A DNA stretch of 64,000 nucleotides from Actinomycetota bacterium (GTDB lineage Bacteria; Actinomycetota; Actinomycetes; JAKEEW01): assembly GCA_046725875.1 (NCBI GenBank), contig JBKOZJ010000062.1, positions 6,937 to 70,936 of the forward strand, written 5' to 3'. How positions within the stretch are numbered: position 1 is the first letter of the stretch; each line of letters opens with the position of its first letter. Position numbers and translations under genes: made by a program. Below the pieces are notes generated by a model, which saw only the letters and a program-made list of their open reading frames with translations, searched no databases and had not been told where the DNA came from. This document shows positions 8,955 to 18,183 of the stretch, piece by piece.

Positions 8955-9473
8955 TCATCCGAGACGGTGCTGCCTGTCACGGTACGCCGGGGTCAGTTCG
9001 GTCCATCGGGTCCGCCAGTCCGCGGTCGCGCGGCCGGCCAGGTGCGCGGCGAGGTCCTCGATGTGCGCCTGCCAGCCGGCGCCGTGCCCGGCCGCCTCGG
9101 TCAGCGGCAGCCCGCGCTCCTCGAGCACCAGCCGGGTCCGGCGGTCGCCCTCGGGAAAGATCTCGGCCTCGATGACGGTCTGGTCGTCCTGCCCGGGCGA
9201 CAGAGTGACCAGGAGCCGGCGTGGCGGCTGGCACACATCAACCCGCCCGGGGCCTTCCCAACCGCTGGTGAACCTGGCAACGAACTCGCCGCCCAGCCGA
9301 AGCTCGCCGTCGACCTGCGCGACCCAGCGGGCCAACCGTTGCGGATCGGTCAGCGCCGACCACAGGTCTGCCACGCCGGTGTCGAAATGATCTACCATCC
9401 GGACGACCGCCTTGCCGTCCTCGGCCCGCAGCGATCCCACAACGGTGCCGGTCTCCGCGCGTTGAGACGTCAT
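8955..9473 (-). CDS. SRPBCC/AHSA1-family protein
   Basis: MTSQRAE...VADLWSALTDPQRLARWV...GGEFVARF matches the Aha1/START-like pattern. The start overlaps the ArsR stop (ATGA), which is the classic ArsR-SRPBCC pairing. Confidence 0.85.
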   Translation of the reverse strand: MTSQRAETGTVVGSLRAEDGKAVVRMVDHFDTGVADLWSALTDPQRLARWVAQVDGELRLGGEFVARFTSGWEGPGRVDVCQPPRRLLVTLSPGQDDQTVIEAEIFPEGDRRTRLVLEERGLPLTEAAGHGAGWQAHIEDLAAHLAGRATADWRTRWTELTPAYRDRQHRLG

Positions 9474-9796
9474 GTCCTGCTCCTTCGCTGTCTCTTCCCT
9501 CGGGCTACCTCGGTGTGCAGTGCATCCAGTCGCTGCTCCCACAGCGACCGATAGCGTCCCAGCCATTCGTCGACCTCGGCCAACGGTTCCGGCCGGAGCC
9601 GGTACACCCGCCACTGCGCCTCCCGGCGCAGCTCGACCAGCCCGGCCTCACGCAGCACCCGCAAGTGTCGAGAGACCCCCGGACGAGCAATCGGCAGCAG
9701 CTCGGCCAACTCGCTGACCGTGGCCTCACCCTGCTGCAGGGCCTCCAGTACCGTCCGGCGGCTGCCATCCGCCAACGCATGCAACACCGCGTCCAT
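9470..9796 (-). CDS. ArsR/SmtB-family transcriptional regulator
   Basis: LHALADGSRRTVLEALQQGEATVSELAELLPIARPGVSRHLRVLREAGLV is a canonical ArsR winged HTH. Confidence 0.9.
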   Translation of the reverse strand: MDAVLHALADGSRRTVLEALQQGEATVSELAELLPIARPGVSRHLRVLREAGLVELRREAQWRVYRLRPEPLAEVDEWLGRYRSLWEQRLDALHTEVARGKRQRRSRT

Positions 9797-10000
9797 GTGA
9801 GGAATGTACCCGACTGGTTACGTAACTGTCTAGGTACATAAGTAGGGCCGGCGCAGGTCCTAGGTCGCTGATCGGACAGAGCCACTCACTGGTCGTTACG
9901 AAGGACGGCGCCGGTTGCATAACCGAAGCTGGGCACACTCTGCAACTAACGCGACTTCGGCCGACTCAGGCGTACGGCGGCCTCGCAGTAGTCCCCGCGT

Positions 10001-10870
10001 CTAGCGGTGGCGTGCAGCCTCCCAGCGCCACTCCTGGCGTAGCGCGCGGCCCAGCATCTCTTCGAGTGCGGTGATCTCGGAGCTCAACTGCTTACGGATA
10101 TAGGCCGCATCGTCCTCGCTGACGGCTGGGCGAGCCTCGCCGAGAGGCGCGTAGAGGAACCGTTGGACGATCGTCGAGCGTTTGAGGCGTCCAACCAGCC
10201 TCGCATGGTCATGCTCGCGGGCCCATTTTGCGGAGCTTTGGACGGCGTGGGCGACCTGAACCGACCGGGGTCGGCTCGCCGGTAGCTTGGGGGCTCGTTG
10301 CGTCGAGCCGAGCGTCAGCGGCGGCGCCCCAAGCCAGGCCAGCACTCGGTCGAGGAAGTCCTGGGGATCGCGCCGCAGGTCGTCGAAAAGTCCGACGTAG
10401 ATCAGGTTCTGATCGAAGTGACGGAGATAGCGCCGCAACTGTGTCGCATACCTACCCAAGTAGATGAGCCCCGGCCAGCGTTCCAAGGCGTCCCGGAAAC
10501 TGTTCGGCGCGGGTCCCCGCTTTCTTAGGTAAAGGTAGTGGGAAAAAGCGCGGTCGACCGGATCTCGCAGGGTAACCATCAGCCGCACCTTGTCCCCGAG
10601 GGAGGAGCGGATGCGTTGAGGCGCCTCTCGAGAACTCAGGTAGAGCGGGCACACCTCGCCGACGACGTTGTGCTCGGGACCCGCATTGTTGAACTGGGCC
10701 TCGTACCACGGGAGCCCACGATCGAAGTAGCGATCGAAGAAGTAGAGTTCCTTCGCCTCGGTCATGAAGATGTTTGGGTGGCGAGCAAGGACTTCGTGCA
10801 GCCAAGAGGAGCCCGCCTTGGGCGGCCCAATGTGGAGGAAGTTCGGCAGAACCACGTTCACCTCCTCCAT
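10001..10870 (-). CDS. PAPS-dependent sulfotransferase family protein
   Basis: It has the 5'-PSB-like motif IGPPKAGSSWL and the 3'-PB-like motif TLRDPVDRAFSHY. I chose ATG 10870 as the start; the track ORF extends to 10990. Confidence 0.8.
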   Translation of the reverse strand: MEEVNVVLPNFLHIGPPKAGSSWLHEVLARHPNIFMTEAKELYFFDRYFDRGLPWYEAQFNNAGPEHNVVGEVCPLYLSSREAPQRIRSSLGDKVRLMVTLRDPVDRAFSHYLYLRKRGPAPNSFRDALERWPGLIYLGRYATQLRRYLRHFDQNLIYVGLFDDLRRDPQDFLDRVLAWLGAPPLTLGSTQRAPKLPASRPRSVQVAHAVQSSAKWAREHDHARLVGRLKRSTIVQRFLYAPLGEARPAVSEDDAAYIRKQLSSEITALEEMLGRALRQEWRWEAARHR

Positions 10871-11324
10871 ATTGCTGATGAACGAGGCGGATGGGTGCCC
10901 ATTTAACCTTGATCCGGCGCCACGCGCACAGGGTTGGCGAGTTTCTCTGATAGATCTTCGACCTGACATCTCCCAGTCGATCACATGCACGGCTCACTGG
11001 TTAATTTCGATCAACGTACTAATGGGCCGACCGCCAGAGCTAGGAGCAGGTCGCAGCCGTTTGTGGGACAGCCAAGGACTTTAGGCTCAGCGTCGTGACC
11101 GATCTGTCGCAATCCAACCGGGCGATCTTCAGTTCTCAGGCTGACATCGACGGCAAGCAGGACGTCGACTGGGTCGTCGATCACGATTCGGCCTCCAGGC
11201 TCGGCCGGTGCGGTGAGGCGACTCTCGGCAGCTTGAAGCCGGCTGCCGCCAGCGATCGCTACATCACCGCGGACAATGCCGGGCCATCCCCGGCCGCCGG
11301 CAAGGATCGGTCGGGGCGACGACC

Positions 11325-12128
11325 ATGACGCCATCCCGCGTCAGCCCAGTGGATGCGCTGACCGCCTACTACTCCTCGAATGCCGAGGCGTACGAGCAGC
11401 GGTGGGCAGCCGCGCTGCACCCAGCGGCGGTCCAATTGCTCAACCGGTTGCCGCTTCACACGGCTGGTCGAGTTCTCGATCTGGGAGCCGGCGTCGGCAC
11501 CCTGTTGTCCTCTCTTCGAGGTGCCGCGCCATCGGCGCGCATCGTTGCTGGCGATCGGGCCGAGGGCATGCTGCGCCGGGCATCGATGGGTTACCCCCGC
11601 ATCGTCGCCGATGCGGGGCAGCTGCCGTTTGCCGCCGGCTCATACGACGTGGTCGTGATGGCGTTCATGCTGTTCCACGTCCCCCAACCGAGTGCGGCGC
11701 TGCACGAAGTCCGGCGCGTGCTGCGCGCCGGCGGGGCGATCGGCCTGACAACCTGGGGAAAGGACGCGACCGTTCCCGCAGTGGACATCTGGAACGACGA
11801 ACTCGATCAGCATGGTGCCCCGCCGGCCCGCCCGTTCATCGCCCAGCATGAACTCATGGACACCCCGGCCAAGCTGCGATCGCTACTAGACGACGCCGGG
11901 TACGAACAGATCACGGCCGAAGTCGTTCCCTGGTCGCACCGCCCGAGCCGCGAGGAGTTCGTCGCGCGACACGCTGCCCTGGGCGTGGCGGGCAGGCGCC
12001 TCGCAGGTCTGGATCCCACCCACCGGGCCCAATTCCTTCGCCGTGTGACGTCCCGGCTCGAGCGCTTGGCCGCCGAGGACTTCGTGGACCACAGCGAAGT
12101 CGTCGCCGCAACCGCCATCACGGCGTGA
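11325..12128 (+). CDS. class I SAM-dependent methyltransferase
   Basis: Motif I is [11 protein letters not shown], with a downstream acidic loop and [13 protein letters not shown]. Confidence 0.85.
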   Translation: MTPSRVSPVDALTAYYSSNAEAYEQRWAAALHPAAVQLLNRLPLHTAGRVLDLGAGVGTLLSSLRGAAPSARIVAGDRAEGMLRRASMGYPRIVADAGQLPFAAGSYDVVVMAFMLFHVPQPSAALHEVRRVLRAGGAIGLTTWGKDATVPAVDIWNDELDQHGAPPARPFIAQHELMDTPAKLRSLLDDAGYEQITAEVVPWSHRPSREEFVARHAALGVAGRRLAGLDPTHRAQFLRRVTSRLERLAAEDFVDHSEVVAATAITA

Positions 12129-12247
12129 CCGTGCCGGTGCGAGTCGGAGTGAGGGCTGCCCTCGGCTGGCTTCGATCGCGCGGCGTCGCGCTTGGCCAGA
12201 CGCTCGCCATAGTTGCTCAGGATCGGGTCGATAACCGTCCGCCCGGG

Positions 12248-13474
12248 TTATGGGGCTGGTTGCGCGGCCCAGTGCCGCAAGCTGTCAGTCGTCTGCCAGA
12301 TGCGGTATGGGTAGCCGACCCAGGAAGCCGTGGTCGTTGTTCGGAAGTCGAGTCCACCAGCCAGGAGATCTTCGGTAACCTCGGCGCGCTCCCGGACGAC
12401 TGTGGTCCAGGACCGCCCGCCGTCACGTGTCACGTCGAGCCGGTAATCCACCCAACCGCTCCCACGCGTGAATGGCCCCCCGACCGCGAGAGTGTGGCTG
12501 TTGCCGACCCCGATGACGGACGCGTGGCGCAGTCGGGTGACGTGCCGCGGGGCGAAACTGCGCGCGCCGTCGCCAGACACCACGATGAAACTGGCCAGCT
12601 CCCCACCCTTGGTTACGCACAACACGGCGAAGGCGTCGCCCGCCGCGGCCGCGGTGACCGTGTCCACTTCCGCTCCGTGGTACGTGCCACAGGGATCGTC
12701 CACAACCGACCAGGAAACGCCGGCGTCATGGGAAACCTCGATATCTGCACGCGACGTGACACCACCGGCGAGATGTCCGACGAAGATCACGTACACGTTG
12801 TTGTTAGCGACGAGGACCTCCCCGCCGTACCCGCCAAGCTTCGGCAAACGGTGCCGGATCCCAGTCCAGTCGGATTGCCGAGGGACAGTGGCCTCCAGCC
12901 GCGTGTCACACGGCCCGGGACAGCCGGTCCCCGGGAAGGCGAGCCGGAAGACCCGGGTAGGCGAGCCTGCAAGCGACTCGACGAACGGCCCGGGTTGCCG
13001 TGTCCACGAGCGTCCCCCGTCAGTCGTCATGAACAACCCAGGGCCGAACAGGTAGCCGATCCGACGGTCGGCGAACCACAGGCGCGACACGCACGATTTG
13101 CTCTCCACGCAGCCGCCGACGAACTCCGAGTCCATGTTCACCCGAATCTCGGGCGCGGCCACGCGCTGCCACCGTCCACCACCGTTGGTAGTTCGGTACA
13201 CCACCGCGCAGCGGCGGTGGTCCGGTCCGCAGGGCCTGGCCACCAGCGCCCATCCGTGATGGGCGTCGACCCAACTCAGGTCAGCCACTTGATCAGTGTC
13301 CGGGCCGAACGTCGGGTGATAATCGCGCTTCTTCGCTTCTGTGGCTGCCGATGGGGACGCACTGGTTGGCCGAGACGGAGCCGCAGACCCCGAGGCGACT
13401 GGTGAACCGTTCGGACCGCAGCCGGCCAGCACGCTAGCGACACCAACACAAGCCAACAGTCGCCACCCGAACAC
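12248..13474 (-). CDS. secreted BNR/Asp-box repeat lipoprotein (Ycf48/sialidase-like beta-propeller)
   Basis: Repeated SxDxGxTW-like boxes are present (TTNGGGRWQ, TTDGGRSWT, SHDAGVSWS, SGDGARSF, TRDGGRSWT). The lipobox is VLAGC, after a signal peptide that begins at GTG 13474. The track ORF runs to 13600, which would overlap the next gene. Confidence 0.7.
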   Translation of the reverse strand: MFGWRLLACVGVASVLAGCGPNGSPVASGSAAPSRPTSASPSAATEAKKRDYHPTFGPDTDQVADLSWVDAHHGWALVARPCGPDHRRCAVVYRTTNGGGRWQRVAAPEIRVNMDSEFVGGCVESKSCVSRLWFADRRIGYLFGPGLFMTTDGGRSWTRQPGPFVESLAGSPTRVFRLAFPGTGCPGPCDTRLEATVPRQSDWTGIRHRLPKLGGYGGEVLVANNNVYVIFVGHLAGGVTSRADIEVSHDAGVSWSVVDDPCGTYHGAEVDTVTAAAAGDAFAVLCVTKGGELASFIVVSGDGARSFAPRHVTRLRHASVIGVGNSHTLAVGGPFTRGSGWVDYRLDVTRDGGRSWTTVVRERAEVTEDLLAGGLDFRTTTTASWVGYPYRIWQTTDSLRHWAAQPAP

Positions 13475-13524
13475 CGTGCCATCGTGATCCACAACCGCGC
13501 GAGGCGCAAGGCTCGTCAGGGCGG

Positions 13525-14655
13525 TCAGCGGATCACGCGGCCGCGCAATACGACGCGTGTCGGGGTGCGCAGGATCCCGAGGTCGGTGCGCGGGTCGCAA
13601 TCGTAGGCGACGAGGTCAGCCGGTGCATTCTGCTCGATACCAGGCAGGCCGAGGAAGGATCGTGCGGTCCACGACGCCGCACCGATCGCCGCCTCCGGCG
13701 GGACGCCGGCCGCCGCAAGATGGCGCACCTCTTCGGACACCCGTCCGTGCGGGAGCACGGCGGTTCCATAGCTGTCGGTCCCCGCCAGCAGCGTCACACC
13801 GGCCTCGTGTGCCGCCCGGACCAGCGGCTCGAGGCGGGCGTACGTGCTGCGGAACCACTCACGGAAGCGGTGCGAGCGGCTGGCGCGGACGACGTCGTGA
13901 AAGGTGAGCCAGACGGTGAAGGTGGGCACCAGCGCTGTGTTTTGCCGCGCCATCTGCTCCAACGATGCTTCGTCGATGCCGAGCCCATGCTCGAGGCTGT
14001 CCACCCCGGCCCCCACTGCGGCGTCGGCCCCCTGCGCTGTCTGCGCGTGCACCGCTACCCGACCACCCGCGGCGTGAACCCGCCGGGTTAGCTCGGTGAG
14101 CCGCTCCCCGGATAGCGTCGGCCGGTCCAGCCCCCGCTGGTCGACCACCCAGTCCGCGTAGACCTTGCACCAGCCGCCGGATGCCTGACTCTCCTCGACC
14201 GCCGCGTCGGCCAGCTGTGCCTCATCGACCCTTCTCGCCCAGCCGTCATAAAACATGCCGGGCAGTGCCAGCCAGCGACCCGCAGAGACAACGCGTGGCT
14301 GGTTCGGTTCGGTGCCGAACCAGGCCGGCAGGCGATCGGCCGAACCGGGCACTCGGAGCAGTGTCACGCCGGCCGACACGTGCTCGTTGCCATGCCGGCG
14401 CAGCAGCGCCGCGTCGAGCGGATCGCCTGGCTGCTCGGCTCCAGGATGGGTGTGCGCGTCGACCAGCCCCGGAAGCAGCCATCCTCCATCCACGACCGTC
14501 GTCGCCCCAGGCAGCCGCTCACGGGTGAACCTGCCACCCTCGATCCAGAACTCCTGGGCCTCTTCGGACGGCAACACAACGCCGCGGACGTGCAGCCGGC
14601 CGTTCGGGTCACCACCCAACCCCCGCTGGTGATCTGCCGGAGTGGCCGCACTCAC
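13525..14655 (-). CDS. amidohydrolase family protein
   Basis: The metal-binding motif PGLVDAHTH lies near the N-terminus, with later HAQT and GTDS motifs. GTG 14655 overlaps the upstream stop (GTGA). The 648-aa track ORF is a run-on through the neighbouring gene's alternative frame. Confidence 0.85.
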   Translation of the reverse strand: MSAATPADHQRGLGGDPNGRLHVRGVVLPSEEAQEFWIEGGRFTRERLPGATTVVDGGWLLPGLVDAHTHPGAEQPGDPLDAALLRRHGNEHVSAGVTLLRVPGSADRLPAWFGTEPNQPRVVSAGRWLALPGMFYDGWARRVDEAQLADAAVEESQASGGWCKVYADWVVDQRGLDRPTLSGERLTELTRRVHAAGGRVAVHAQTAQGADAAVGAGVDSLEHGLGIDEASLEQMARQNTALVPTFTVWLTFHDVVRASRSHRFREWFRSTYARLEPLVRAAHEAGVTLLAGTDSYGTAVLPHGRVSEEVRHLAAAGVPPEAAIGAASWTARSFLGLPGIEQNAPADLVAYDCDPRTDLGILRTPTRVVLRGRVIR

Positions 14656-15461
14656 CCGAGCTCCATGCCATCTGACCGGTGACCCTCGCCGAACAGAGCC
14701 GCGCCCTCGGCGTGACCCGCCCTGACCGTGGGTCGGCGGTCCTCGGTGAGGAAGGCCTCGACCAGCTGCGCGCACAGCTCCGGCTTCTCGCCCAGCAAGA
14801 CGTGCGAGGTGCCGGGTACGACGGCCAGCTCCGAGTCCCGCAGGGCCCGGTAAAGCGCCAGCGTGTGCTCGACGTGAACAATGTCGGCGTCGGCCGTCAT
14901 CACCAGCGTTCTGGCGCCAACCCCGGCCAGGTCCGCCTCGGTCAGCGAGAGGGGCTGCGCCTCCGCCGCTTCCACGATCTTCCCCACAACGACCGGGAAG
15001 TGATCGCGGCCGTCCGGAGAGACCTCGGCGTACGCCGCGACGACCTGTTCCGGCCACTCCCCTCCTGCCGACGGTGTGACGATCCAGCCGGAGGTGTGGA
15101 AGACCGCGCTGATGAGCACCAGCCTGCGGACCAGGTCGGGCCGGCGCAGGGCGACCAGCAACGCGACGGTCCCCCCGACGCTGTATCCGGCCATGTGCGC
15201 CGGCCCACCTACGACCTTGTCGAGAAAGGCGATCAGATCCTCGGCCATCACGTCGAGTGTGATGGCCCCCTCCACGTCCGGGGTGTGCCCGTGACCGCGG
15301 CGCTCCGGCGTGAAGATCCGGAAAGGCCCGGCCAGCACATCGAGGTTCCCCGCGAAGTCCCTCGCGTCGCTGAAGCCGCCGTGCAGCAGCACCAGCGGCT
15401 CTCCTTGCCCCCGCTCGGCGTACCAGGTCCGCACGCCGTTGACCTCTGCGTAGTCGGCCAT
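14652..15461 (-). CDS. alpha/beta hydrolase
   Basis: It has an HGG oxyanion region (LVLLHGGFSD), the nucleophile elbow GYSVGG, and a C-terminal His (GTSHVLL). Confidence 0.9.
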   Translation of the reverse strand: MADYAEVNGVRTWYAERGQGEPLVLLHGGFSDARDFAGNLDVLAGPFRIFTPERRGHGHTPDVEGAITLDVMAEDLIAFLDKVVGGPAHMAGYSVGGTVALLVALRRPDLVRRLVLISAVFHTSGWIVTPSAGGEWPEQVVAAYAEVSPDGRDHFPVVVGKIVEAAEAQPLSLTEADLAGVGARTLVMTADADIVHVEHTLALYRALRDSELAVVPGTSHVLLGEKPELCAQLVEAFLTEDRRPTVRAGHAEGAALFGEGHRSDGMELG

Positions 15462-15526
15462 CTTCGATCATGTCCTCGCTGCGCCGGACGGCTGTCGAGA
15501 GGTGATACGACGCGGGCCGCCGGAAC

Positions 15527-16513
15527 TCATCGCAGGGCCGGTGGCAGATCGAAAAGAGCGAACAACCGGGGATCGTCGAGGAAGGAGGTCAGTCCGGCGA
15601 TCCGGCCCCGCGACGTTTCGACGACAACGAGGGCGAACGCCCGGTGCGCTCCCCCGTCGTCGGGCAGGTAGTGGCCGAATGCCGGCAGGCCGTTCGCCAC
15701 GGTGGGGACCAGACGGGAGCCCTTGCACGAGCCGGCCGAGGCGATCAGGGCGTATCGGATGTCCTTCCGACCGCGCAGCCACCACTTGAACGGCGGCATC
15801 GACATTGTGGCCTGCTCGTGGAGCAGAGACACGAGCGCCTCGACGTCGTACCGCTCGAAGGCTTCGACATAGCGGGCCAGCAGCGCCTGCTGCTCGTCGT
15901 CGAGCGGGCGGTACGGCTCGCCGGCGGACAGCCTGGCGTTTCCGAGCGTCGCCCGGGCACGTTGGAGAGCGCTATTGATGGCGGCGGTGCTCGCGCCGAG
16001 CAGCGCGGCCACCTCAGCGGCCCGCCAGCACAGCACGTCGCGCAGGATCAGTACGGCCCGCTGGCGCGCGGACAGGTGCTGGAGGGCAGCGACGAACGCC
16101 AGGTTGACCGTCTCGCGTGCGACGGCCAACTCGGCGGGGTCGGCGTCCGTCGGCAGGATCCGGCTGTCCGGCATCGGCTGCACCCACGCCTTGTCGGGGA
16201 GGAGCACGCCGATGTCCGGCCCTGGGCCGGAGGCTGGGCCGAGATCGATTGCCCGGGCGCGCCGCCGCGCTCCTTTGAGCATGTCGAGGCAGGTGTTGGT
16301 GGCGATCTGGTACAGCCAGGTCCGGATCGAGGCCCGGCCCTCATCGAAGCGGTCGAGGCTCCGCCAGGCGCGAAGCATTGTCTCCTGGACCGCGTCCTCT
16401 GCATCGAAGGGGGAGCCGAGCATCCGATAGCAGTAGCCGGTCAGCTCTCTGCGATGCCGTTCCAGCTCGCCGTCCGAGGGTACGGTGCCATCGCCCATAA
16501 CCTCGTCGCTCAT
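15527..16513 (-). CDS. ECF-type sigma-70 family factor with a C-terminal NTF2/SnoaL-like extension (SigG/SigJ-like)
   Basis: ATG is at 16513. Region 2 reads YCYRMLGSPFDAEDAVQETMLRAWRSLDRFD, and region 4 reads LSARQRAVLILRDVLCWRAAEVAALLGASTAAINSALQRAR. A further 110-aa tail follows. No anti-sigma gene is adjacent. Confidence 0.88.
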   Translation of the reverse strand: MSDEVMGDGTVPSDGELERHRRELTGYCYRMLGSPFDAEDAVQETMLRAWRSLDRFDEGRASIRTWLYQIATNTCLDMLKGARRRARAIDLGPASGPGPDIGVLLPDKAWVQPMPDSRILPTDADPAELAVARETVNLAFVAALQHLSARQRAVLILRDVLCWRAAEVAALLGASTAAINSALQRARATLGNARLSAGEPYRPLDDEQQALLARYVEAFERYDVEALVSLLHEQATMSMPPFKWWLRGRKDIRYALIASAGSCKGSRLVPTVANGLPAFGHYLPDDGGAHRAFALVVVETSRGRIAGLTSFLDDPRLFALFDLPPALR

Positions 16514-16706
16514 GTCACTCCTGTTCGCCCACGATCGCCCCACGCTAGTGGGAGCAGCGCCGTATACCATCCCCATCGGTTCGCTGTGGTCCGCCAGGGC
16601 ACCGGAATGGTGATCAGCTACCGCCCCTCGCCGCGGATGACATCGACTGGTCGATAGCCGCGGCCGGACCTGACGCCCATCGGGTAGCGTCACGCGCGGG
16701 ACAGTC

Positions 16707-17390
16707 ATGGGCGAGGAGAGGCCGAAGACATTGAAGCTGCCGGTGACGTGGGCTGTGGCCGTCGCGGGCGCGGTGACCGTAGCCGGCGGAGTTGTCTGGC
16801 TGGCACCGTCCGACAACGCGCCGGAACGGCAGGTCGTCGCAGCTACTCACCACCCACCGCGACAACACCAGCCGGCCCCCTCCTCGCCGCCACACTTGGC
16901 CACGCCGTCACGTCCGTCCTGCGACCACGTCGCGCGCGCCTTCGATCCACAGACCATCGTCATCCCTGGGGCCACGGGAGGCGCCGATGTTGTCACGCCT
17001 CCACGCGACGCAGACGGCCTGCCGGGCACACCTCCGCTCACCGACCGGGGAAAGTCGCTCTTCGCCTGGGATCGCGAGCAGGGCGTCCGCCCCGGCGACC
17101 CGGCCGGCAACGTCCTACTTAACGCACATACATGGCCCGACGGCAGCGCGCTCGGCAACAAGCTACTCGCCCGCCTGCAGCGCGGTGATCGGATCATTGT
17201 GGTCGGGGACAACAAGCGACTCTGTTACCGGGTGACCGAGCGCGTCGAGGTGCTGGCCGAACGAGGGCTATCGCGCTATTACGACAGCGACGGTCCTCCG
17301 CAATTAGCCATTGTCGTCTGCTCTGGGCGCCGCCTCGGCCCAGGTGTCTGGGAGAAGCGGACCGTGTGGTTCGCCTCGCCGTCGCCATGA
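16707..17390 (+). CDS. sortase family protein (class E/F-like)
   Basis: It has an N-terminal TM anchor, NVLLNAHTW (His), and LAIVVCSG (catalytic Cys region) near the C-terminus. Confidence 0.72.
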   Translation: MGEERPKTLKLPVTWAVAVAGAVTVAGGVVWLAPSDNAPERQVVAATHHPPRQHQPAPSSPPHLATPSRPSCDHVARAFDPQTIVIPGATGGADVVTPPRDADGLPGTPPLTDRGKSLFAWDREQGVRPGDPAGNVLLNAHTWPDGSALGNKLLARLQRGDRIIVVGDNKRLCYRVTERVEVLAERGLSRYYDSDGPPQLAIVVCSGRRLGPGVWEKRTVWFASPSP

Positions 17391-17559
17391 CGTGCTAGGG
17401 ATATCAGTACTGACAGTGCTCACGCGCGGCCCCGGTGCGCTCCCGAATTGGCAAGAACAGGCCGAGTACGGCACCAGTCACGCTCAGGGTATGGGACAGG
17501 CCGGGCGACACGGACAAGGTTGACTCGTAAGCCACGTATCGCCGCTGCCGTGACGCGTA

Positions 17560-17765
17560 GTCATCGCCTGCTTGGACGAGCCCGGATTCGTCGGCAAACA
17601 CCACAGCTTGGGGCGCGGTCGCGTGCGCCGACTTTGGCGAACAGATGGGCGACATGGGTAGGCACGGTCGCCTCGCTCAGATGCGGCCGAGCGGCGAGCT
17701 CGGCGTTGCGCAGGTCGCAGCCAGGAGGACCAGTATCTCCCGCTCCCGGTCCGTCGTTCGATCCC
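17560..17765 (-). pseudogene. remnant of a NarL/LuxR-type response regulator: C-terminal HTH only, with at least 2 frameshifts and no REC domain
   Basis: The minus-strand reading TDREREILVLLAA / LRNAELAARPHLSEATVPTHVAHLFAKVGARDRA / AVVFADESGLV can only be assembled by switching frames twice. Where the receiver domain should be, the palindromic repeat begins. Confidence 0.55.
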
Positions 17766-17769
17766 GGCG

Positions 17770-17925
17770 TCGATCAGGCAGTGTGCCGAGACCAAGAGTC
17801 TGGGCAGTGACTGGGATCAACCAATGTGCCGAAACCGTGACCAGGACGGCCGATTCGTCAAGGTCTCGGCACATTGCCCGATCGCGATTCCTCGGAAACT
17901 CACGGTCCTGGCACACCGCATGATC
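17770..17925. repeat. nested-palindrome repeat, copy 1
   Basis: Four 13-nt boxes of the form RTGTGCCRRRACC lie in -> -> <- <- order. The outer arms are 17781-17798 and 17899-17916, and the inner arms are 17821-17836 and 17862-17876. It is roughly 90% identical to 29712-29866. Confidence 0.7.
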
Positions 17926-18183
17926 TCCCAGGCCGCAGAGAGGGCCGAGGCCCGCCGTGAGTATGCGGCCTCGGAGGCCGGGCCACCGCTGCCGTTACCC
18001 CGGACCTCGCCGGCCCGAGCCCAGGAGCTGACCTCGGCGTCGAGACCACGTGGCAAACGTGTATGGACCTCTCGCTCTCGCGGACACGGACGTCGTCGCT
18101 GATCGGCTTTCCGATGCTGCCTTGCCGGCGACGCCTCGACGGCGGTCGGGCTACGGGGCGCAGATAGCTGCGCAATATCATCG

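Noticed and set aside
9797-9850. GGTTACGTAAC / GTACC...GGTAC palindromic sequences upstream of the ArsR gene as its operator
   Set aside because: This is plausible, but the repeats are short and imperfect and I cannot relate them to a known ArsR/SmtB box, so I did not list them as a feature.
13525-15471. 648-aa ORF on the minus strand
   Set aside because: Only the C-terminal 376 aa (from GTG 14655) look like a real amidohydrolase. The N-terminal part is Arg/Gly/Ala-rich run-on in an alternative frame of the genuine alpha/beta hydrolase gene (14652-15461), which has clear catalytic motifs.
17770-17925. Calling the palindromic repeat an insertion sequence
   Set aside because: It has no transposase ORF in or near either copy. 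Both copies share flanking sequence, so independent insertion and target-site duplications cannot be shown from this window. I kept it as an unclassified repeat with a MITE-like hypothesis only.
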